In this document: positions 58,805 to 64,000 of the stretch, piece after piece
Layout: each line of letters begins with the position of its first letter
Numbering within the stretch: position 1 is the first letter of the stretch
Virus record (IMG/VR): IMGVR_UViG_3300037502_004185
Location: 27,776-91,775 of that record
Source of the DNA: a virus
Direction: 5' to 3' (one strand)
Length of the DNA: 64,000 nt
Notes under the pieces: generated by a model
Told to the model about the DNA's origin: nothing
Database searches by the model: none
What the model saw: the letters and a program-made list of their open reading frames with translations, nothing else
Position numbers and translations under genes: made by a program

Positions 58805-59401
58805 ATGCGCATTTATACTTTGATATTTTTCTTCCTCTTTTCCACTATTACACCAACTCTCGCAATGGCTTCATATCCACCTCTTTGTAATATTGTAAAG
58901 GCAAAAGAGCACCATAAAATCCCTAGTGAAAGCCCATACTGCATTGAAACAGAAGAAGCTCAGATCACGTTTGTTAATCTATCGTCAAACCCTGTTGAAG
59001 TGGTCAGCTTAAAAGATGCTACTCACCTTGTTTATCCAAATGAGTATGTAGTTACTACAGGCAGATTTGTAGTCGCAAACTCTAAAGGCGCTGTAGTTGG
59101 TAAAGAAGAACGAGGCATCGTTGTGTCTCGTGATTATGGTGGTAAAAAAGCAAATGTGAATCAAAGGATTGCACCTTTAGCCGTTTGGATTCCTAGCGCT
59201 GTTGGTGGAGCAATCTTGGGCGGAATGGGAGTTGTAGCTTCGAACCCTAGCGCTGGCCTTAGACCTATTGTGATTGGAGCATTCTCAGGAGCGCTTGGCG
59301 GAGCATTGGGTCCATTGATGGGAGCTGGTCAGTTTGGAGTAGTTGCAGGTGGTGCTTTAGGTGTCTCTGCTGGTGGAGCGTGTAGCAGTTGTCATATTTA
59401 A
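58805..59401 (+). CDS. Sec-exported glycine-zipper bacteriocin-like protein ending in CXXCH
   Basis: Signal peptide ending AMA|S; Gly/Ala-rich hydrophobic C-terminal 77 aa; ends GGACSSCHI*. Confidence 0.6.
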   Translation: MRIYTLIFFFLFSTITPTLAMASYPPLCNIVKAKEHHKIPSESPYCIETEEAQITFVNLSSNPVEVVSLKDATHLVYPNEYVVTTGRFVVANSKGAVVGKEERGIVVSRDYGGKKANVNQRIAPLAVWIPSAVGGAILGGMGVVASNPSAGLRPIVIGAFSGALGGALGPLMGAGQFGVVAGGALGVSAGGACSSCHI

Positions 59402-59673
59402 TCTGGACGTTTGCAGTCGCATCATACTTGGTGCTTTGCTTTACTCTGTTAAAGGGAAAGAAAGAACGATTATTATATGGCTGCATAATAATCAGTTTAA
59501 TTGTAGTGAACATCATATTTGACATCAGGGAGCCTCATTTTTTTGATGTTTTGTCTGCGTTCATTATCTATTTTCTTTCTAAGTGGGTTAAAGCAGATCC
59601 TAAGTATTTTCTTATCACAACCACGGTCATATATTGGCTCTACCCTCTAGTGTTGAGTGTTCCAACTACTTAA
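59389..59673 (+). CDS. Small multi-TM protein, putative immunity protein
   Basis: 94 aa with 3-4 hydrophobic helices; overlaps the upstream stop. Confidence 0.55.
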   Translation: MSYLIWTFAVASYLVLCFTLLKGKKERLLYGCIIISLIVVNIIFDIREPHFFDVLSAFIIYFLSKWVKADPKYFLITTTVIYWLYPLVLSVPTT

Positions 59674-59698
59674 AACTAAAGTAATCATTATATGACTG

Positions 59699-59730
59699 AA
59701 AAGAGTCGCCGGAGAGGCGACTCTTTCTTT
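59699..59730. terminator. Bidirectional terminator
   Basis: AAAAGAGTCGCC-GGAGA-GGCGACTCTTTC. Confidence 0.75.
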
Positions 59731-59764
59731 TAGAAACGCTATAAACGAGCCTATCCTATCTAGT

Positions 59765-60274
59765 TTAAAGCGTTTGGTTAAAATCACGCATTGGTATGCA
59801 GATATAAATCACGCCCACGTTCGCCGTACCATAGCCAACGGCCTTATGTACGTACCACCACACGGTTCGTAATCCCTCGGCGGTTTCTTCATCCCATTCC
59901 AGTACACTACCGATAGGAACATGGTGCGAAGCAATGCGCAGCATTAGCGGCTCTAAGGACTCGCCAAGGTTTTCGTCGCCATCATCCATCATGAAGAAGT
60001 TCTCTTGCTCATCTGGACTATCCAATAAAGCCACCAGCTCTGGATCGCTATAAGTGAGCGCATCTTGGTTGGTTTCTAGCTCTAACACTGATTCGTTTTG
60101 GTAATTATCATCCGTTGGTGCCGATTCTGGCTCAACAGGGCGATACAGGGACGCTTCAAAGTGATCAGGTGATAGTTTGATAGCCTTAATCCAATCATCC
60201 CTTAAAACACGATTAAAGGGCTCATGGCCTTGGTATCGAGCCTTTCTTACTACAGGTTTAACTACATCACTCAC
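59765..60274 (-). CDS. gp7-like head-tail connector
   Basis: ARYQGH..FN...DWIKAIKL.PD; WYVHK..YGTA as in P1 gp7. Confidence 0.78.
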   Translation of the reverse strand: MSDVVKPVVRKARYQGHEPFNRVLRDDWIKAIKLSPDHFEASLYRPVEPESAPTDDNYQNESVLELETNQDALTYSDPELVALLDSPDEQENFFMMDDGDENLGESLEPLMLRIASHHVPIGSVLEWDEETAEGLRTVWWYVHKAVGYGTANVGVIYICIPMRDFNQTL

Positions 60275-61422
60275 TTGATGATTCTCTCTAATCTGCTTGG
60301 TGTTACGTTCATCAATTTTGCGAAATCGGTCAGTGCTTCACTCTTAGTTTTCCCTTGCAGCTTGTAGCCGTCATGGAAGTTCTGGAAGCCGACCTTAATC
60401 ATATCGATATAACCTTTCTTCTCGTTGGACTCCTTACGTAGTTTGCGCGCTTGGCGCTTAATGGTTTCGCTTTCTCGTTTCTGCTTGGCGATCTGTTTTT
60501 CCACTGCTTTCTGAGCGCGTAGGTATTTCGCGTGTTCGCGCGTAGCGGCGGCCTTATCCACCACCGTTTTACGGTTTCGTGCTGCGGCTTTCTTCTCGTT
60601 CTCGTTAAGCAAGTACGTTTCGTTATCCGAGCCAAAACCAACACGGCGCGCTTGCTGCTTCATTTGATTGGCCAAGATGCGTTGCCATGCCAGCGATTGC
60701 AGCATGGTTGCCGCCTTGAGAGCGTGTTTACATGCCACGCCGGACAATTCAGGGTTTCGGATTTTCGGGAAAGCAAACTCTTTAGGCGGCGCTATGCAGT
60801 AGTTACCCATAGTGGCCAAGTATCGATACCAGTACTGGTGACGGCCACAGTCGCAATCAAAGGAAATACGGCCAGCACACGCCAATTGCACCGCTTGGTT
60901 GTAATCCCCATTAGGCGGTTCGTGTAGTAGCTCATCCCACTGCTCAAAACGCACCTTTACTCGGTGTTCTTCGTGTCTAGACACGCTTGAGGCTCGGACA
61001 CGAATAAGCGCGATATTGTTCTTAATACCGATCAACGTGGCCTTGTGAATGCCTGTACCGTCATCGACACGGTTGTTAGCGCGGTCGATGTCAATTTGAC
61101 GCGAGTTCTTCACCAAAAAGGCGTAGGTGATACCCGCTGTCTTACTGTCATAGACCTCTTTGTGTCGCTGGCGAGCCTTGTCGAACTTGATCAGGTCTTC
61201 TTTGGTAAACCGTTGCCCTTTAGCCTTTTCGCCTAGCGCTTTTAATGCCTTATTAGTTGGCTTGGCCAGCGTTGAGGCGGTCAGCGTTCGCTTGGCATTG
61301 CGGCGGTTTTTCTTTTGCGCCCGTTCAATCTTGTTGAATAGCTGGTTGAACTGTTTCTCATTGAGGCCAAGGCTGGCAAATGAGCCGTTATCCCGTTTCT
61401 CCGCTTCAAACTTCTTCGGCAT
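60271..61422 (-). CDS. gp25-like protein with a SWIM-type zinc finger
   Basis: GRISFDCDCGRHQYWYRY...IRNP.L.GVACKH. Confidence 0.8.
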   Translation of the reverse strand: MPKKFEAEKRDNGSFASLGLNEKQFNQLFNKIERAQKKNRRNAKRTLTASTLAKPTNKALKALGEKAKGQRFTKEDLIKFDKARQRHKEVYDSKTAGITYAFLVKNSRQIDIDRANNRVDDGTGIHKATLIGIKNNIALIRVRASSVSRHEEHRVKVRFEQWDELLHEPPNGDYNQAVQLACAGRISFDCDCGRHQYWYRYLATMGNYCIAPPKEFAFPKIRNPELSGVACKHALKAATMLQSLAWQRILANQMKQQARRVGFGSDNETYLLNENEKKAAARNRKTVVDKAAATREHAKYLRAQKAVEKQIAKQKRESETIKRQARKLRKESNEKKGYIDMIKVGFQNFHDGYKLQGKTKSEALTDFAKLMNVTPSRLERIIK

Positions 61423-61425
61423 AAG

Positions 61426-61755
61426 TTACAGCCCCATTTCGTCCATGAATTGACGCATGGAACGACGCACCCAAGATGCTGGTGGCAGTTTGATGGTTTC
61501 GCCAACAGGTAGCGGATTCATTGGGTCGTCTACGTCACAGACCAGACTGACCAGCCAATCAAGCTCAACCGTGGCGTAAGCTCTGTAAGAGACAAGATCC
61601 GCACGATAAACCTCATCAAGTCGAATGGTGTACTCAAACAGATCGGTATTGCCCGAACGGTTCACGTATTCCATGACGATGGCAAAGAAATGCGCCCGTA
61701 GAATATCGTCCTCGATGTTCTCTGCTGAGAGGCGGGATAACTTACTCATGATCAC
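61426..61755 (-). CDS. gp26-like baseplate wedge protein (LysM / T4 gp53-like)
   Basis: YTIRLDEVYRADLVSYRAY...LPVG..IKLPP..W. Confidence 0.78.
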   Translation of the reverse strand: MIMSKLSRLSAENIEDDILRAHFFAIVMEYVNRSGNTDLFEYTIRLDEVYRADLVSYRAYATVELDWLVSLVCDVDDPMNPLPVGETIKLPPASWVRRSMRQFMDEMGL

Positions 61756-62374
61756 CCCCCATACGATACTTACCGTCTGCGATTAGCCCCGTTTTTGCCT
61801 TGAACAATCCCATTGCGCGCGAGGCCATTCCTGGCTCTTTCTTGGGCTTACGTAACAGGCCAAACAAGCTCTTAAGCGTTACCGTGTCGCCGATACTGTC
61901 TTGTGTAGCTGCATAGACCACAAACATGAGCGCGTAGGTATCAGGGCGCAGTTCTGACCAGTCAATGTTGTACGTTGGTTTACCATCCGTTCCCCGTACT
62001 TCTTCTACGATGGACGGCGACACTTCGAAGCGGCCACCAGCGTTAGGCGGGTAGGTGATAGCACTTAGGGATGTGAGATAGTTATAGGCTTCCATTGCCG
62101 ACACAATGATCGGTCTGCCTTTTGCGTCCAGTTCGGACAGGCGAACGGCGCGCCCATACTTCGAAAAGTAGGGCGTAACCTCGTCCACCAGCACAATAAA
62201 ACCGCCTTTTTTGAGCTTTTCTAACTTCTCCGGCAAAGTCAGCTTAAGGCTCATCAATGAGCGCTCTAATTGTTGGCATTCGATGATATGGAGTTGACCA
62301 TCATCTACACCAGCAAGCATAAGTCGTGGCTGGCCAGATGATAGAGTAAGTACAGCTATGCGCGTTCGTGCCAT
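61742..62374 (-). CDS. mat: Mat (particle maturation) homologue
   Basis: QPRL, VLVDEVTP, GRPIIV, FEVSPSIV and W..LRP as in P1 Mat; next to ref. Confidence 0.75.
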   Translation of the reverse strand: MARTRIAVLTLSSGQPRLMLAGVDDGQLHIIECQQLERSLMSLKLTLPEKLEKLKKGGFIVLVDEVTPYFSKYGRAVRLSELDAKGRPIIVSAMEAYNYLTSLSAITYPPNAGGRFEVSPSIVEEVRGTDGKPTYNIDWSELRPDTYALMFVVYAATQDSIGDTVTLKSLFGLLRKPKKEPGMASRAMGLFKAKTGLIADGKYRMGGDHE

Positions 62375-62471
62375 GTTGTGACCTCTAAGCGCGCTTTTTA
62401 AGATGGGGAGTCTTGGTCAGTTTAACACCATTAACCAAGCTTTTTAGCCCTGTTAATGGTGTTTATATTAA

Positions 62472-63137
62472 TTAATGTTCGGAATGTTGAGGGTAAATGT
62501 TTTCGAGCAATTCAAGTGGCAATCCCGCCAGATTATAGACCTTAAACAACAGCTCTATCTCTGTACCGTTGTGGATCTTCCATTGCGCTTTCCCGCCGTA
62601 CTTCCCTTTTGCGTGGATAGGTATCATATCGGGATACTGAGCGCGCTTCTCCGCTTCTAGTAGCGTGTCGTGGTGATAACAACACAAGGGTAATACATAC
62701 GCATGCGCCCGTTCTCCAACACGACCAAACACATGATGCAAGGAAATCACCGGATTCTCTCGGCCATGCAGCCAACACGCAATACATGGTAAGCGGCCAA
62801 TGGCATCCATGATGCGCCTTTCCTCTGCCGTGGGCGTTCGGCCTTTCAATCCCTTACTGGCGATCTTTTTGGTCGGTTTCTTCGCTACAGGCTTCGCTTT
62901 TTGGCGCTCGATGCGCTGTTGCTGTTTGTCACGCTGCTTTTTCTGGTATTCGGGATCATTTAAGCGCTCGATTTGTCGCTGGCGCTGACGCTCTTGCTGC
63001 TGTAATTGCTTTTTGAAGCGTTTCTGCCGTTCCTCGGGATCGTTCATTTTGGCGATTTGCTTTGCTCGCGCCCGTTCCATTGATTGTTTTTGCTTCTCTC
63101 GTTGTCTTTGAAGTTTCTCTGCTATTGTCAAAGCCAT
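62472..63137 (-). CDS. ref: Ref RecA-dependent HNH nuclease
   Basis: Charged N-terminus; GRTPTAEERR...LPCIAC..HG...LHH...LPLC..HH. Confidence 0.9.
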   Translation of the reverse strand: MALTIAEKLQRQREKQKQSMERARAKQIAKMNDPEERQKRFKKQLQQQERQRQRQIERLNDPEYQKKQRDKQQQRIERQKAKPVAKKPTKKIASKGLKGRTPTAEERRIMDAIGRLPCIACWLHGRENPVISLHHVFGRVGERAHAYVLPLCCYHHDTLLEAEKRAQYPDMIPIHAKGKYGGKAQWKIHNGTEIELLFKVYNLAGLPLELLENIYPQHSEH

Positions 63138-63244
63138 TAAAAACACCTACTATTTGCTTGCTCTTGTTTCACATTTGCTGGTGGAACATGAAAAGGCTGG
63201 TAACTCGAATTTGCTGATTCGAACTGTTTGCTAAGACCAGCCGC

Positions 63245-63275
63245 AAAAAAACCGCGTTTATTCGCGGTTTTTTTG
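63245..63275. terminator. Bidirectional terminator
   Basis: AAAAAAACCGCG-TTTATT-CGCGGTTTTTT. Confidence 0.7.
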
Positions 63276-63281
63276 TACCTA

Positions 63282-63470
63282 TCAGAAGTAACTCTCAATT
63301 AAAACTCGATGGCATGGCTTGCCGTCATCGTTACGCATACGTTGCCCCAAACTGACGATCTTCATGAGCTTGCCCTCGTAGTCCCAAGGCTGATTTCGAG
63401 TTAAACACTCTTTGGCTCGTTTAAGCGCTGGCGAGCCAACTAAAAGATAAACGGCTTTGCGAGGTTTCAC
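63282..63470 (-). CDS. Hypothetical protein
   Basis: 62 aa; GTGA overlap with the upstream gene. Confidence 0.5.
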   Translation of the reverse strand: MKPRKAVYLLVGSPALKRAKECLTRNQPWDYEGKLMKIVSLGQRMRNDDGKPCHRVLIESYF

Positions 63471-64000
63471 GCAGCATTCTCCGTAGCAATTTTTGAGGAA
63501 GTGATCATAGATAGTGAACGTTCGGCAAACTTAAGCTCTGCTTTGCGCATATCAATGTCGCGCTCTACATGCAGTGTGAAGTTGTCACAGAACACACCTT
63601 TCTCTTTCTGGTGCGCGTTCAGCTTCTCTTTAAGTTGCGTTATTTCTTGATTGAGTTTTTCAATGTACGACTTGAAGTAAACCTCGCTGCCGATTTCCAG
63701 CATCACCGATGCAGGACTACGAATGATAGACAGGCCATCGCATGTAGATTCGTTGCGTAAAAGGTTAAGAACATGCTCGCCGTCTTGAGTTAAGCTGTAA
63801 TTCTTGCGGTCTGGTTTACCGTCTTGCGCTTCAATTTCATGTGACACTAAACCCTTTTCCGTCATGCGACCAAGTTCGCGGTACACTTGCTGGTGGCTGG
63901 CTTGCCATGCGCCAGATTCAGGCATTGTTCGGTTTGTTAGGTCATAGCCTGTTTGTGTTCTCTGCTCAAGAATTGCTAGAAGTAGATTACCCAAAGTCAT
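63467..64000 (-). CDS. PadR-family regulator, AphA-like
   Basis: TGYDLT, W.ASHQQVYREL, Q.GKPDRK.YS.T motifs shared with Vibrio AphA; start codon at the window edge. Confidence 0.85.
   Translation of the reverse strand: MTLGNLLLAILEQRTQTGYDLTNRTMPESGAWQASHQQVYRELGRMTEKGLVSHEIEAQDGKPDRKNYSLTQDGEHVLNLLRNESTCDGLSIIRSPASVMLEIGSEVYFKSYIEKLNQEITQLKEKLNAHQKEKGVFCDNFTLHVERDIDMRKAELKFAERSLSMITSSKIATENAA

Noticed and set aside
1-64000. tRNA, rRNA, IS elements, loxP/cre, terminase
   Set aside because: None recognised by eye; terminase and recombinase genes probably lie outside the window.

Overview
This window is a contiguous part of a P1/D6-like (Punavirus-type) phage-plasmid, most likely from a Vibrio host; the host is inferred from the SSB, an AphA-like regulator and a DqlB-like peptide. 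It holds a leftward early operon (ssb, HTH and Zn-finger genes), a Rep_3 iteron replicon with a P1 oriR-like origin, and a second putative initiator with a structured antisense RNA. It also holds the head genes (pro, prt, gp23, gp21), the virion antirestriction set (darB, ulx, ddrB, ddrA, a much enlarged darA, hdf), and a three-gene par operon with 14 dispersed 18-bp palindromes (candidate parS). Two lysis modules, a near-complete P1-like tail/baseplate set with the fibre split into three genes and no Cin invertase, mat and ref are also present. Accessory insertions are higBA plus fic, a SAM-dependent methyltransferase, an RNAP alpha-CTD-like gene, a type I toxin and an AphA homologue. The most striking candidate is a two-gene moron at 58697-59730. 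It encodes a Sec-exported glycine-zipper bacteriocin-like protein ending in a CXXCH heme-attachment motif plus a small membrane partner, behind CRP- and Fur-like sites, and may be a heme-conjugated Trojan-horse toxin. Gene names rest on recognised motifs, remembered similarity to P1 proteins and P1 gene order; no database search was run.
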